Source of the DNA: Calditrichia bacterium
GTDB lineage: Bacteria; Calditrichota; Calditrichia; RBG-13-44-9; J075
Length of the DNA stretch: 64,000 nucleotides
Direction of reading: 5' to 3'
NCBI GenBank assembly: GCA_050633245.1
Contig: JBOEGD010000011.1
Span: 1 to 64,000 of the forward strand
The translations under genes and the position numbers were made by a program. Below, one piece after another: positions 47,510-58,044 of this stretch. Under the pieces are notes generated by a model. It saw only the letters and a list, made by a program, of their open reading frames with translations. It made no database searches and had not been told where the DNA came from. Position 1 is the first letter of the stretch; every line of letters begins with the position of its first letter.

Positions 47510-48043
47510 ATGGAAAAAGGTTTGTTGGAAAAGACCGGAAAGTCACTTGAGCACTGGGTGAAAATTGTGCGGGCTGCGAAAATTGAAAAGCATGGTGAAA
47601 TTATTAAATTTCTGAAAAACGAACATGAGTTTACGCATGGATTTGCAAACTTTGTTGCGCACATGGCTCGCGAATCTGCTGCTTCACATTTTGATGGGAA
47701 CGATTTGATTACCGCGCAATATGATGGTGCCAAGGCACATCTGAAGCCAATTTATGATCTGCTGCTAAGCAAAATACTGAAATTTGGTACTGATATTGAA
47801 GTCGTTCCGAAAAAGGCCAGCGTTAGCTTGCGACGTAAAAAACAGTTTGCGCTCATTCAACCTTCTACAAAAACAAGAATAGACCTTGGGTTGAAAATTA
47901 AAGGTAAGGAACCCGCCGGCAGACTCGAAACATCAGGTCCGTTTGGCTCCATGTGTACTCACCGTGTTCAGCTTACGGATTCTTCGCAGGTCGATGCAGA
48001 CGTCATCAACTGGTTGAAAGAGGCATATGAGGGAGCAGGCTAG
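47510..48043 (+). CDS. DUF4287 + DUF5655 domain protein
   Basis: 'EKTGKSLEHW..KHGEII.FLK.EH..THGFAN' then 'PKKASVSLRRKKQFALI.P.TKTRIDLGL..CTHRV..WLKEAY'. Start uncertain. Confidence 0.8.
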   Translation: MEKGLLEKTGKSLEHWVKIVRAAKIEKHGEIIKFLKNEHEFTHGFANFVAHMARESAASHFDGNDLITAQYDGAKAHLKPIYDLLLSKILKFGTDIEVVPKKASVSLRRKKQFALIQPSTKTRIDLGLKIKGKEPAGRLETSGPFGSMCTHRVQLTDSSQVDADVINWLKEAYEGAG

Positions 48044-48065
48044 TACTGTGGAATCAACGGACATT

Positions 48066-48662
48066 ATGCCGCTTCGCGAGAAGCTAAAGCTGGGCTTTTG
48101 GCTGACGCTATGGCTTGCCGTACCGTATTATTTACTTCAGCATGTTGAGCTGCGACAGGTACAGGTTATTCCGAAGACATATCTAGACAGTCTGATTTCT
48201 TTTGAACCGCTATCGGTTTGGCCATATCTTTCGATTTATATTTACATGCCGATTGTCGGTTGGCTTATTCTGCCGGGAGGCGATTACCTGCGCTGGTGCA
48301 AAGGGCTTGCTTGGATTGGTTTGATTTCCCATCTGGCTTTTTTGTTATGGCCAACAGGGATTGATCGTCAGGTGTTGGCATCCTCTTTCGCCCATGAGAT
48401 GGTGCTGAATGCAGATAAAACCCGCAATGCCTGCCCATCGCTGCATGCCTCGATGACTATCTTCTGCATGATTTTCGTATTCTACTTGGATGGCAATCGG
48501 TCTAATCTGTTGCAGATTGGATTTGCGTTGTGGGGACTACTCATTTTGTGGTCTACCATGGCACTGGAACAGCACGTCTTTATTGATATTGCTGTCGGTG
48601 GTATGGTAGGAATTGTAATTGCTTATTTTATGCTTGAAAGAAACCCTAACAAAAATCTCTGA
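48066..48662 (+). CDS. PAP2-superfamily membrane phosphatase/phosphotransferase (IPC-synthase/Aur1-like)
   Basis: 'LD..I.F.P..VW.YLS.Y', 'D...NACPSLHA', 'STM..EQH..ID...G'; multiple TM helices. Confidence 0.8.
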   Translation: MPLREKLKLGFWLTLWLAVPYYLLQHVELRQVQVIPKTYLDSLISFEPLSVWPYLSIYIYMPIVGWLILPGGDYLRWCKGLAWIGLISHLAFLLWPTGIDRQVLASSFAHEMVLNADKTRNACPSLHASMTIFCMIFVFYLDGNRSNLLQIGFALWGLLILWSTMALEQHVFIDIAVGGMVGIVIAYFMLERNPNKNL

Positions 48663-48870
48663 TCGCTTATAGGCCGTTCTGCTGATCGATAATCAAACGC
48701 CATTCTTGCTCTGCATCGTTTTTCCCGCCTGGGGAGAGTTTGGCTGTCTTCTTTTGTATGGAAATGTATTCATTCTGATCGTTTTGAACGTGAAGGTTGG
48801 GTAGTTCGGTGCTATGTATTACATTGAAGTAACGCACACCCAAAAATGTCAGCAAAACGTTGAGGTCCTT

Positions 48871-49854
48871 ATGAATTCAACTCATTATGACGCCGATCAG
48901 CATCCGTTAACCCATCAGGATGTTCGCCGGGAAATATCACGCGGTATTGAAGATGAAATTGCTGCCCTTCGTGGTTTTAGTATTAGAAAACGTTTACTCG
49001 AAATCGGTTTTTTTGTACTGATGATGTCAATAGGAATAGCTGTGGTCATTTATTCGCGTGGTCTGTTGCCAGACACTGCCGGTTATGTCGGGTGGTTTGC
49101 CGGAACCGTCTTAGCTGCGCTGGCTATCAATGCTTTGGTGCTATTGATGCATGAAGGTATGCACAATATCCTTTTCCGTAACCCACAGGCAAATCGCTGG
49201 ACATCCTTTGCTCTTGGAACAACATTCCTGATGTCTTTTACTGCCTACAAGGTTCTGCATATCCGTCATCACGATCATCTTGGAGGTCCGGGTGATTTGG
49301 ATGATTACCACAATTACTCAGACTCAGATATTATTGTTTGGTCGCTGCATTATATGCGTTTGTTTATCGGCTCCTTCTTATATATTCTGCTTATTCCAAG
49401 ATTTGCCTATAAATATGGTAGTAAGATTGAACGTCAGCACATTGTGGTAGAATATCTATTGCTTTTCATTTTTTACTCTGCACTATTGTGGATTATTCCA
49501 GGTGATATTCTGTTCTGGGCCTGGTTTGTACCACTGGTAATTGTTGGCTATATGATTAATATTCGCGGCTTCACCCAGCACGGAATAACCGATGCGCATG
49601 ATCCCTATCTTGCGAGCAGATCCATTTATCCCAATAGACTCATTTCGTTTTTGTTATTGAATGAAAACTTACACCTTGAGCATCATTTGTTCCCGGAAAT
49701 CCCCAGCTATCACCTGCCGGAATTGAATCGCCTTATTGGACCACGTTTACCGCGCAAGGTCGTTGGGAAATCCTATCTGGGCTTCTTGTTTACTTTCTTT
49801 CGCAGAACGCTGCGATTGGATGAAAGCGTTATTGGATTGGAGAAAAAGGATTGA
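48871..49854 (+). CDS. Membrane fatty-acid desaturase-family enzyme
   Basis: His boxes HEGMH, HIRHH, QH and HLEHH followed by 'FP.IP.Y.LP'; ATG 48871 with GAGGT. Confidence 0.9.
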   Translation: MNSTHYDADQHPLTHQDVRREISRGIEDEIAALRGFSIRKRLLEIGFFVLMMSIGIAVVIYSRGLLPDTAGYVGWFAGTVLAALAINALVLLMHEGMHNILFRNPQANRWTSFALGTTFLMSFTAYKVLHIRHHDHLGGPGDLDDYHNYSDSDIIVWSLHYMRLFIGSFLYILLIPRFAYKYGSKIERQHIVVEYLLLFIFYSALLWIIPGDILFWAWFVPLVIVGYMINIRGFTQHGITDAHDPYLASRSIYPNRLISFLLLNENLHLEHHLFPEIPSYHLPELNRLIGPRLPRKVVGKSYLGFLFTFFRRTLRLDESVIGLEKKD

Positions 49855-51011
49855 GCAACATATATGATTTGTTGGTGATTGGCTCGGGCCCGGCTGGTGC
49901 AACCACTGCAAGATGTGCTGCAAAAAATGGGCTGAGAGTATTGTTGGTTGATAAAAAACAAGAATTGGGTGCTCCCATTCAGTGCTCTGGTGCTGTTAGT
50001 GCACATGCTCTGCTTGATGTTGATGTCCACCCAGATGATGAGTTTGTAGTGACACCGATTTTTGGATTTATCGTCTACGATGAGTCCGGGAAAAAAGTAG
50101 AGCTCGACTATCGTGAGCTTAAGCCCGATCCTTACCAAAATCAGCCGCTCGGTTATGTGGTAGATCGCCGCAGATTTGATCGCGCTCTAACCGGGATGGC
50201 ACAGCGAGCCGGGGTAGAGTGCTGGCTAAAAACAGAGGCCATCGGCTACCAGCGCTTGAGTAACGATTTGGTAGAAGTACAGCTGAAGCGATTAGGCAAG
50301 GAAGTGAGCGTTCAGGCAAAGGTTATTGTCGGAGCAGATGGCCTGCAATCTCAGGTAGGAAAATGGGCTGGACTGTCTACCCACATTAAATTAAGTGAGT
50401 TGGCTTCCTGCCTGCAGTATGTGGTAGACAGAGTCGAGACGCATGAATTGTTGGAAATTATCGCCGGACATGAATGGGCACCCGGTGGATATGCCTGGGT
50501 GTTTCCAAAGCATGACGGGATGTCTGAGCTTGGGCTTGGTGTGATTCGAACAATGACGGACAAGGATGCGAACTACTATTTGAAAAAGTTCATCGAATCT
50601 TCCTTTATGGCCGATCGGTTCAGCGATCTACGAATTTTGGAAATTCAGGGTGGTGGAGTGCCACTGGCCGCACCGCTGAAAACACAGTATGCTGACAATA
50701 TGATTTTAGTCGGTGACTCCGCCAGGCATGTTAATCCGATAACCGGTGGCGGAATTCATACCGCACTGCGCTGTGGTGCTATTGCGGGACGGTTCCTGGC
50801 TGAACTTCTAAAGTCTGGCGCGACGCCAAATGCTGAATCACTTGCGGGGTATCAGGAACGTTGGTCTGCCGAAATTGGAGATGCGATGTGGAGGCTGTAT
50901 CGCCGCAAGCGAGAGATCTTTACAGAGCGTGATATTGTGAAGCGAAATGCGATGCTCTTCGAAACGCTAGCGCACTATTTTAGTCCGGAATCTGAATATC
51001 GAAAGATTTAG
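49851..51011 (+). CDS. Geranylgeranyl reductase-family flavoprotein, archaeal DGGR-like
   Basis: GSGPAG, 'ELGAPIQC', 'GYVVDRRRFD', 'GADG..S.VGKWAGL', 'APGGYAWVFPK' (PxxYxWxFP), 'VGDSA..NPITGGGI'; overlaps the desaturase stop. Confidence 0.88.
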   Translation: MSNIYDLLVIGSGPAGATTARCAAKNGLRVLLVDKKQELGAPIQCSGAVSAHALLDVDVHPDDEFVVTPIFGFIVYDESGKKVELDYRELKPDPYQNQPLGYVVDRRRFDRALTGMAQRAGVECWLKTEAIGYQRLSNDLVEVQLKRLGKEVSVQAKVIVGADGLQSQVGKWAGLSTHIKLSELASCLQYVVDRVETHELLEIIAGHEWAPGGYAWVFPKHDGMSELGLGVIRTMTDKDANYYLKKFIESSFMADRFSDLRILEIQGGGVPLAAPLKTQYADNMILVGDSARHVNPITGGGIHTALRCGAIAGRFLAELLKSGATPNAESLAGYQERWSAEIGDAMWRLYRRKREIFTERDIVKRNAMLFETLAHYFSPESEYRKI

Positions 51012-51029
51012 CAAAGACCTTTTTGTTGA

Positions 51030-51257
51030 TTGAAAGAATTGAGGTTGCCATTGGCAAAGAAAGAGCCGATTTCATTTACTATAAATTGGAATGCTTGTAT
51101 CAAATGCGGTGCCTGTGTCGCGGTGTGCCCTCTTGATGCCGGGTTTATTAGTGCATTCGACACTATTGCAGTAAATACCCCATGTGAGATAGCCTGTCTG
51201 GCCTGTGAACGTGTATGCCCGGTTACTGCGATCGAACATGAAACCGTTATTCACTAG
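51030..51257 (+). CDS. 2[4Fe-4S] ferredoxin
   Basis: CIKCGACVAVCP and CEIACLACERVCP; alternative TTG start 51051 with GAGGT. Confidence 0.88.
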   Translation: MKELRLPLAKKEPISFTINWNACIKCGACVAVCPLDAGFISAFDTIAVNTPCEIACLACERVCPVTAIEHETVIH

Positions 51258-51282
51258 GTCGCCTGCATTGAGAACTCCTAGT

Positions 51283-51359
51283 GGTCACGTCCGTCATGCC
51301 CGTCACGTGGGTCCTAGCCGTTGCGTGGACCCTCGTCGTTGCGTGGGTCATGACCCACG
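51283..51359. repeat. Four degenerate 18-bp tandem units ending in a REP-like palindrome
   Basis: GGTCACGTCCGTCATGCC / CGTCACGTGGGTCCTAGC / CGTTGCGTGGACCCTCGT / CGTTGCGTGGGTCATGAC; perfect palindrome CGTGGGTCATGACCCACG at 51342-51359. Confidence 0.7.
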
Positions 51360-51400
51360 TTACACGTCTATTGTGAGGAGTTGGCTACAGCGATAATTTT

Positions 51401-51422
51401 GATTCCCGATTCCCGATTCCCG
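51401..51422. repeat. (GATTCCC)x3 heptamer repeat abutting a stop codon
   Basis: Direct reading; directly adjacent to the TAG of gene 51423-51977. Confidence 0.85.
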
Positions 51423-51977
51423 CTATTTGACCAGCAACATTTTCTTCGTCTCAACGAAACCGTCGGCCTGTATCCGATAAAAATACAGACCGGCGGCGAG
51501 GCCTCTTGCTTCAAACTTAATATCATACTTACCTGCGGCCAACTTTTCATCTACCAGCGTGCCTACTTCCTGGCCTAACACGTTATAAATACTTAAACGT
51601 ACTGTTGCCGCTTTTGGAACAGTAAATACAATAGTCGTGCTTGGGTTGAACGGGTTCGGATAATTTTGTTTTAGCTCGAAGGTCTCCGGAGTCTGTAGAT
51701 CTTCTTCAATTCCTGTCATAATATCACGCGAAATTTGATACCAAAAACCATGTCCGAGGGAGAAGGTACTGTCGGCACTCTTGCTGATAAACGCCTGCCC
51801 GATGGTTCCGTCGAGGAAATTTGCGTTTTCGGATGTCAGTCCTTCACCGACCGAATCAGTTGCCTGGGTGTAGCCACTGCCGATTACGCTGCGATCAATC
51901 CTGAGCTGGGCGGTCAGGATTGACGGGAATATTACTATTATCAGGAGGGTTGCAATCGTTCTATTGAGGGCGGCCAT
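51423..51977 (-). CDS. Small exported protein: short beta-domain + T9SS type A CTD (copy A)
   Basis: Signal peptide, 'RSVIGSGY..GTIGQ..GHGFWY', CTD 'FELKQNYPNPFNPSTTI..IYNVLGQEV..GLYFYRI..TKKMLLVK'; TAATG overlap with the fibre gene. Confidence 0.9.
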   Translation of the reverse strand: MAALNRTIATLLIIVIFPSILTAQLRIDRSVIGSGYTQATDSVGEGLTSENANFLDGTIGQAFISKSADSTFSLGHGFWYQISRDIMTGIEEDLQTPETFELKQNYPNPFNPSTTIVFTVPKAATVRLSIYNVLGQEVGTLVDEKLAAGKYDIKFEARGLAAGLYFYRIQADGFVETKKMLLVK

Positions 51978-54604
51978 TATTTGCCCTCCAGTTTGTTCAG
52001 GCGTCGTTCAAGCGTTTCAATAGTAGACTGTTGCTCCTGTATTGCCTTTATCAGCACCGGAATGAGGGTCGAATAATTGATGCCCAGGGTTTCAAGCTCT
52101 ACCCTTTGTAACGTGTCGTTATCTTCTGAAGCCACATAGGCGTGTGTTTTTACCGCTTGCGGTACAACTTGTAATACCTCTTGAGCAATAAGTCCGAGCT
52201 TGGCCTCCTGGTCATAGCCGTTGCGCCACTGATAAGTGACCGGACGAAGACGAAGCACATCGTTCAATCCTGAATTTGCGTTTTGAATGTTGGTTTTCAA
52301 ACGCGCATCGGAGGTGTTTATAACGCCATTTGTTGCATAAACTGTTCGCCAACGAAATGTTGACGTACCCAAGTCGCGGTTGCCGTTAGTAAATGGTCTG
52401 AAGTGACTATTAATTGCCATTTGAAAACTTCCACCATCTTCAAATTCTTCAGCGGAACCAATGCGAACTTTCCCAGCCACATGGAGCGGAGCACTTGGAA
52501 ATGTAGTACCTATTCCGACGTTACCATTTTTTAATACCGTCATAGCATTGGAGCGCGTTGAAGCTCCTGTCCCATTTCCGATTTCGAATAGCGGATCGGT
52601 TGGTACCGAGGCAGTAGGGTTTCCTCCTCCGACGTTATAACTACCTACCGCAAGCGAAGCGAATGCATCCGCTTTTGTTTGTCTTCCCAAGGCGCCTGAA
52701 TAATCTCCGTTAGCTACAGTAGTATGACCGATGCTATAGCTAAACCTGCCCAGGGCATCTGAACTATACCCCAGAGCCGTTGTTGCAATTTCTTTTGCAT
52801 CGGTATTAAATCCCATTGCTGTTGAATATAAGCCGTCAGCATTTGTAAAGTATCCGCTGGCAAAAGCGTAGCTATTACCAGCCTCAGTGTCTCTTCCCAT
52901 TGCGGTTGAACCAACCCCTTGAGCTCGTGTATTATGTCCGGAGGCGAAAGAGTATTCACCAATGCTGTCCGGGTTCCAGTAGACGCTGGCAGCGCCTGTT
53001 GAAAGAGTACCAACGCGAAATGCATGTTTATGTGGGAGAAACATCAGCTTGTGTCCGTTGCTGAGAGTATCTAATCCAAAAAGCACCTTTTTGTCGTTGC
53101 CGACATGAAATGTAACTTTTGGAGAAATACCGACGCCAATACCAACCTCACCGTCACCGGTTATAGTCATGACATCGCCTCCGACGCCGTTCCAGAAATT
53201 TAATCGATCATTTCGGTTATTCGAGGCAATGTAGGCTGCGATAGACCAGTAGTTAGAGCCGTTGTTGTTCTTGAAATTTAAACGGGCGTAATCATTGCCG
53301 TTCTCGTGGAGCAGGACATGTGGATCGGAAAGCGAGCTGTTCTGAAAAATCTCCATTTTGGCATCAATTGATGTTGTTCCTATTCCCACATCGCCGTTAT
53401 TGTAATAGGTATCTACGCCGTTTAGTTGCCATGGAGATGTTCCCTCATTGTCGGTCGAGGGTATCCATGTAGCTCCATTGTATTTCAAAACTTGCCCGGC
53501 TGCCGGTGCCGAGGGAGAGATGTTTTTTCCCTGTATTCTATTCACAACCGGATTAGGATAGCTGCCCACGAGATCTCCACCAGCTCCCCCCGATGGAGGG
53601 AGAGAGGTGCCAGGCTTGATCTTACTTGCATCAACAGATTCATCGCGTAACTGCTCGGTGCCAACAGAAAAGCCCGCCATTTTGTTAAATGTAATAGAGG
53701 TGTCTGCGAGCTGAGTTGTGCCGATCCCTTTGTCGGCAACGCCGATTGAGACGGTTGGTCCGGTTGGGTTGTTAATCGCGAGTGTACCATCGCTATTCTG
53801 AATACCCTGAACACCGCTACCACCACCGGCACCGGCGTTAATGATAAGACTGTCGTTTCTGGTGGTAATAACTGCACCACCTTCACCGGTAACCGTGATA
53901 GCATCCTGTAGGTTGTTCAAACTTCGAATAACGGTATTGTTGGCAATCTTTGAAGTTGTAACTCCATTGTCTGCGAGCGAAAGGGTTACATCGCCACTAT
54001 TTCCACCACCGGCAAGTCCGTTGCCCGCCTGAACGGCTGTAATGTCTCCACCACCGCCTCCACTGGCAGCAATTGTTAGCTCGTTGCCGGTTTCAGTAAT
54101 CGTGATATTCGAGCCGGCGCTCAACTGCACGTCATCCGTCAAACCATTTAGACTACGCACCGCTACACTGTCGGCCAATTTTTGTGCTGTTATGGCGCTA
54201 TCACTTACGGTGATAGCGGTGAAGCTGTATGGACTGGTTGTTAGCTTGGTGCGCGGCGATAGTTCAGGATCCGACCCAAGTGCAATTCCAAGCCAATATT
54301 GTTTGTCGAAGCTGACAACGAGCGGATTTACACGACCCAATAGAACATTGACGATGCCACCTGCAACCTGAATCGTTTGTGTCTCCTGCCAAATGTTCGA
54401 CTTTGCAGGGGCACCTGAAATGGGCTCAAAGTCGTATAGTGTAAACGTGATGGAATAGTTGCCATCTACGACCGGATTCCCATTGGCATCGGTTATCAGT
54501 CCCTGATAACTCATAGTTTGCGGCACCTGTGAGAAACCTGCCATTGAATATAGTAGAATAAGTAGTGCTGAAATGAGGGTCGTTTGTAACCGTATATTAA
54601 ACAT
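51977..54604 (-). CDS. Signal-peptide trimeric fibre protein with YadA-head-like repeats and C-terminal S74 intramolecular chaperone (copy A)
   Basis: Start ATG 54604 (GGAGG). '[13 protein letters not shown]' N-domain, 'GIGTT' repeats and 14-aa 'STAMG..T.A' beta-roll repeats. S74: '[42 protein letters not shown]'. Confidence 0.88.
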   Translation of the reverse strand: MFNIRLQTTLISALLILLYSMAGFSQVPQTMSYQGLITDANGNPVVDGNYSITFTLYDFEPISGAPAKSNIWQETQTIQVAGGIVNVLLGRVNPLVVSFDKQYWLGIALGSDPELSPRTKLTTSPYSFTAITVSDSAITAQKLADSVAVRSLNGLTDDVQLSAGSNITITETGNELTIAASGGGGGDITAVQAGNGLAGGGNSGDVTLSLADNGVTTSKIANNTVIRSLNNLQDAITVTGEGGAVITTRNDSLIINAGAGGGSGVQGIQNSDGTLAINNPTGPTVSIGVADKGIGTTQLADTSITFNKMAGFSVGTEQLRDESVDASKIKPGTSLPPSGGAGGDLVGSYPNPVVNRIQGKNISPSAPAAGQVLKYNGATWIPSTDNEGTSPWQLNGVDTYYNNGDVGIGTTSIDAKMEIFQNSSLSDPHVLLHENGNDYARLNFKNNNGSNYWSIAAYIASNNRNDRLNFWNGVGGDVMTITGDGEVGIGVGISPKVTFHVGNDKKVLFGLDTLSNGHKLMFLPHKHAFRVGTLSTGAASVYWNPDSIGEYSFASGHNTRAQGVGSTAMGRDTEAGNSYAFASGYFTNADGLYSTAMGFNTDAKEIATTALGYSSDALGRFSYSIGHTTVANGDYSGALGRQTKADAFASLAVGSYNVGGGNPTASVPTDPLFEIGNGTGASTRSNAMTVLKNGNVGIGTTFPSAPLHVAGKVRIGSAEEFEDGGSFQMAINSHFRPFTNGNRDLGTSTFRWRTVYATNGVINTSDARLKTNIQNANSGLNDVLRLRPVTYQWRNGYDQEAKLGLIAQEVLQVVPQAVKTHAYVASEDNDTLQRVELETLGINYSTLIPVLIKAIQEQQSTIETLERRLNKLEGK

Positions 54605-54684
54605 CTCTTCCTCCTGTGAGAGTTTTGTGCGAAAGTACAGAATTGATATTATGGTCAATGTAGGATTTGAATAGGCAAATGTAA

Positions 54685-54725
54685 ATCGCACAAGGGTGGT
54701 ATTTTGGCTCACATGAATATGTGAT
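54685..54725 (-). promoter_or_regulatory. Tandem 7-4-7 inverted-repeat operator (NarL/LuxR-type RR site) upstream of fibre copy A
   Basis: ATCGCAC-AAGG-GTGGTAT (54685-54702) and CTCACAT-GAAT-ATGTGAT (54708-54725), 23 bp apart, ~80 nt upstream of ATG 54604. Confidence 0.6.
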
Positions 54726-54806
54726 AAGCTGGCAGGTTGGTCTCAAATCCGGGAGAGTGTAGTGCTGCTGAGAAAAACTGATCTTCTTGACAGTGCGATT
54801 GCACTA

Positions 54807-57800
54807 TTAAATTGACGGCCCTTCAAATATTACTGTAAAGCCATCTTTGTTTCTAAACGTTATTTTGCCGCTTAGTCTTTCGGCACGCAGATTCATGTTG
54901 CGTAAGCCATGCCCGGAGCGTCGCGTGCTATTGCCATCACCTATGCCGTTGTCGCTGATGCACATGGTGAAAGATTCCGAAGAGTTTACGAGTGAAATAT
55001 TTACTTTATTGGCTTCGGCATATTTGGCAATATTAGAAATCGCTTCTTTGCTAATCAGATATAAGTTCTGTCTTAAATTTATATCAACAGACTTTTGCAG
55101 GTTCAGGCCTTCTATTTGATAAGACAGTTCAATGTTCTGTTTACTAAACATCAAATCAACAAAATCTTTAATATGATCTACCAAATCTCCAAGGGTGTCG
55201 TTGCGTGAATCAATTGACCAAACAACGTCGCTTAACATTCGGGTTGCTTCACGTCCCATAATGCCGATTTTATCAACTCTCTCGGGAATTTTGTCTGCCT
55301 GTAATCCACTTTTGAGAAGTTCAGACTGCATAACAATTGCGTTTAATGTTCCACCAATATCATCATGTAAATCACTGGCAATGCGAACGCGAAGTCGTTC
55401 GAGAGCAAGTAAATTCATGACGCGATTTCGGTAGATAAGCAGAGGAATAACGACTGCGGTTAATACGACAATAAGCCTAAACCACCAGGTTTCCCAATAC
55501 GGCGGTTCAATTGTTATTTTCAGTGATTTTCCATTATCGCTCCAGCTTCGGGCATTGTTGGATGTTCTAACCCGAAAGATGTATTCACCTGGATCAAGGT
55601 TTGTATAGGTTGCAAAACGCCGCTTTCCTGCCGGAATCCATGTATCATCAAAACCCTCCATTTTATAGGCATATTGGTTTTGAGACGGTGAGGTGTAGTC
55701 TAACCCGGCAAATTCGAACGAGAACACTTTGTGTTGATAGGATAATGAAAGCTCATCTAGTTGCGATATCGCTTTCTTTAATGGTGTCGGTTTGCTATTG
55801 CTGGATACTGCCACCGAGCGATTAAACAGCAGAAAGTCTGTGATAACAACCGGCGGTTCATAGGAGCTATCGGAGAGGCTGTCAGGGTGGAAATAACAGA
55901 GACCTGCGGGCCCACCAAAATAGAAGATTCCGTCTCCTCCGATAAAGGCAGTATTCTGATTGAATTCATTGCCAGGCAGGCCATCTTGCAATTCAAAATT
56001 TCTGAAGGTTTCAGTTTTACCGCTATTGAATAGAGAAATACCATGATTCGTGCTAATCCAGAGTTGACCGCGTTCATCGACGAGTGATGCCTGCACTACG
56101 TCATTGGGAAGTCCGTCTTCTTGATAGTAACGATGGAACTTTTTTGTTTTCTTGTCAAAACGATTTAAACCATTGAGAGTACCAACCCATATCGAATTTT
56201 TAGATGTTTCATTAATTGATATGGTCAGGTTATCGCTGATAGAGTTGGAATCGTCAGGATGATGCGTGAACTGCGTAAAGCGTTCACTAATAGGGTTGAA
56301 GCTACTTAGCCCACCGGATGTTGCCAGCCAGAAAATGCCTGCGTTATCGATATGAATCTTTCTAACGATGCCATCTCCAATGCTGGCACTGTCTGCCTCA
56401 TCCGGAACATAGTGTTTGAACGTTTTGTCAACGAGATTAAAACGACTAAGCCCACCTCCGCGAGATCCTACCCAGATATACCCGTTGTACTCATTGAGTG
56501 ATAACACATCATTGTCGTTCAGACCAGCAGGTGTTTGGGGATCATATTGAAATTTTTTAAATGTACCCTTTTGCCGATCAAACAAGTTTAAGCCGCCACC
56601 ATAAGTGCCTACCCAAAAATTATCTTGGGAATCTTCAAGGATTGCATAAACCCAGTTGTGGCTTAATGACGTGGGATCTTTTGGGTCGTGGAGATAGGCT
56701 TTAACATTTTCCCTGTTGCGATCGATTCGGTTCAATCCGTTCTGGGTACCAACCCAAAGCGTTCCGTTTTTATCTTCAAAAATTGATGAGATAAAATTGC
56801 TGCTTAACCTAATTTTTCCACCCACGCCGCTGTTGTAATGCTTAAACCTGTTGGCCTGAAAATTCAGCTTGTTGAGGCCTGCCTTGTGGGTTCCAATCCA
56901 GAGGTTTCCGGTGCGATCTTCCGCTAAAGATATGACCTTGTCATCATTAATGCTGAAGGGGTTTGCCGAACTGTTGCGATAGCTTACAAAGGAGTTTGTT
57001 TGCGGTAGTTTAAGATTCAGACCTCCACCAAATGTTGCAGCCCACAAGCGCTGACGACTGTCCAGAAATATCGAATAGATTTTATCGCTACTTAAGCTGT
57101 TCGCTTTGTTTGGGCTGTGGCGAAGTTGAACAAATTCCCTGGTTGTGGTATTAAATTTTGCTATTCCGGCCTGTCTGGTGCTTATCCATAGCGCGTTTGC
57201 GTCCTTTGGATCCTGCAGAATTGCAGAGATTGAGCTGTTGGGCATAGTGCCGGGGTCGGTAATATCGTTTTCATAGCGAATAAAGACTGCGCGCGTGCTA
57301 TCGTCAGCAATTGCGATGAGCTCTTTTAATAAGTTCAGTCCGTGGACATTCGTGGCGTCTCTTTTGCCTGATACCCCCAGCCACAGATTACCATGAGCAT
57401 CCTCAAGTATGGCGTTGATGATATTGCCACCAATGCTTGTTGTGTCTTCCACGCTATACTGAAAAGCTGTGGCTTCTCCGGTCTTTCGATCAAACAGGTT
57501 TAGTCCGCCTTTAACAGTGCCCACCCAAAATCGATCCTGGCTGTCATGGTAAATGGAAACAGCGGAATTGTCTGAGAGACCCGGAATTTGCCCGGCGCCA
57601 TTTCCGTAGCAGCGAAAGTTCTCGTTGTCGCGGTCAAAACGATTTAGACCACCCTGCCAGGAGCCAATCCAGAGGTCACCATCACGATCTTCAATAATCG
57701 TTGTAATGTAGTTGCTGCCTATACTGAGAGTGTCTTTTTGAGAGGCTTTGAAAACCTTAAACTGATAGCCATCGTAGCGATTCAATCCACCAATGGTTCC

Positions 57801-57983
57801 AAACCAAAGATAGCCTTGCTTATCTTGATAGATTGTAACAACCGAATTTTCAGAAAGACCATCGGTATTCGTTAGATGTTCGAAGCGATATTCCTGCGGT
57901 AATAACCCCGTGGTTGCTAAAAGGAGAAGGCCAATCATCCATCGAATAATAAAGCGAGTTTTTAGAGTGGGGGAGTATGCCAT
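54807..57983 (-). CDS. Sensor histidine kinase: Reg_prop beta-propellers + Y_Y_Y + TM + HisKA_3 + HATPase
   Basis: Repeated 'I.ED..G.LWIGT..GLN.FD', 'YAYKMEGFD..W..YTNLDPGEY.F', 'PPYWETWWF', 'RIASDLHDDIG', 'EAISNIAKY', 'DNGIG', 'GHGLRNM..RA'. Confidence 0.93.
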   Translation of the reverse strand: MAYSPTLKTRFIIRWMIGLLLLATTGLLPQEYRFEHLTNTDGLSENSVVTIYQDKQGYLWFGTIGGLNRYDGYQFKVFKASQKDTLSIGSNYITTIIEDRDGDLWIGSWQGGLNRFDRDNENFRCYGNGAGQIPGLSDNSAVSIYHDSQDRFWVGTVKGGLNLFDRKTGEATAFQYSVEDTTSIGGNIINAILEDAHGNLWLGVSGKRDATNVHGLNLLKELIAIADDSTRAVFIRYENDITDPGTMPNSSISAILQDPKDANALWISTRQAGIAKFNTTTREFVQLRHSPNKANSLSSDKIYSIFLDSRQRLWAATFGGGLNLKLPQTNSFVSYRNSSANPFSINDDKVISLAEDRTGNLWIGTHKAGLNKLNFQANRFKHYNSGVGGKIRLSSNFISSIFEDKNGTLWVGTQNGLNRIDRNRENVKAYLHDPKDPTSLSHNWVYAILEDSQDNFWVGTYGGGLNLFDRQKGTFKKFQYDPQTPAGLNDNDVLSLNEYNGYIWVGSRGGGLSRFNLVDKTFKHYVPDEADSASIGDGIVRKIHIDNAGIFWLATSGGLSSFNPISERFTQFTHHPDDSNSISDNLTISINETSKNSIWVGTLNGLNRFDKKTKKFHRYYQEDGLPNDVVQASLVDERGQLWISTNHGISLFNSGKTETFRNFELQDGLPGNEFNQNTAFIGGDGIFYFGGPAGLCYFHPDSLSDSSYEPPVVITDFLLFNRSVAVSSNSKPTPLKKAISQLDELSLSYQHKVFSFEFAGLDYTSPSQNQYAYKMEGFDDTWIPAGKRRFATYTNLDPGEYIFRVRTSNNARSWSDNGKSLKITIEPPYWETWWFRLIVVLTAVVIPLLIYRNRVMNLLALERLRVRIASDLHDDIGGTLNAIVMQSELLKSGLQADKIPERVDKIGIMGREATRMLSDVVWSIDSRNDTLGDLVDHIKDFVDLMFSKQNIELSYQIEGLNLQKSVDINLRQNLYLISKEAISNIAKYAEANKVNISLVNSSESFTMCISDNGIGDGNSTRRSGHGLRNMNLRAERLSGKITFRNKDGFTVIFEGPSI

Positions 57984-58044
57984 GATTGCTATCTTATTTT
58001 ACTTGTTTTGCGCGGACATCTTACAAATTTGCTTGTGAATTTCA

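Noticed and set aside
48667-48855. 62-aa minus ORF ending 'WRLIIDQ', faintly NTF2-like
   Set aside because: Too short and weak, and opposite to the lipid cluster; possibly a relic but unsupported.
49851-51011. Proof of archaeal ether-lipid synthesis or of bchP/photosynthesis
   Set aside because: No GGGP/DGGGP synthase or bacteriochlorophyll genes are in the window; family membership alone does not define the substrate.
51283-51359. CRISPR mini-array
   Set aside because: Units are contiguous 18-mers with no spacers, and no cas genes are present.
51977-54604. Trimeric autotransporter (YadA-like)
   Set aside because: Head-like repeats are present, but the C-terminus is an S74 chaperone coiled coil, not a beta-barrel anchor.
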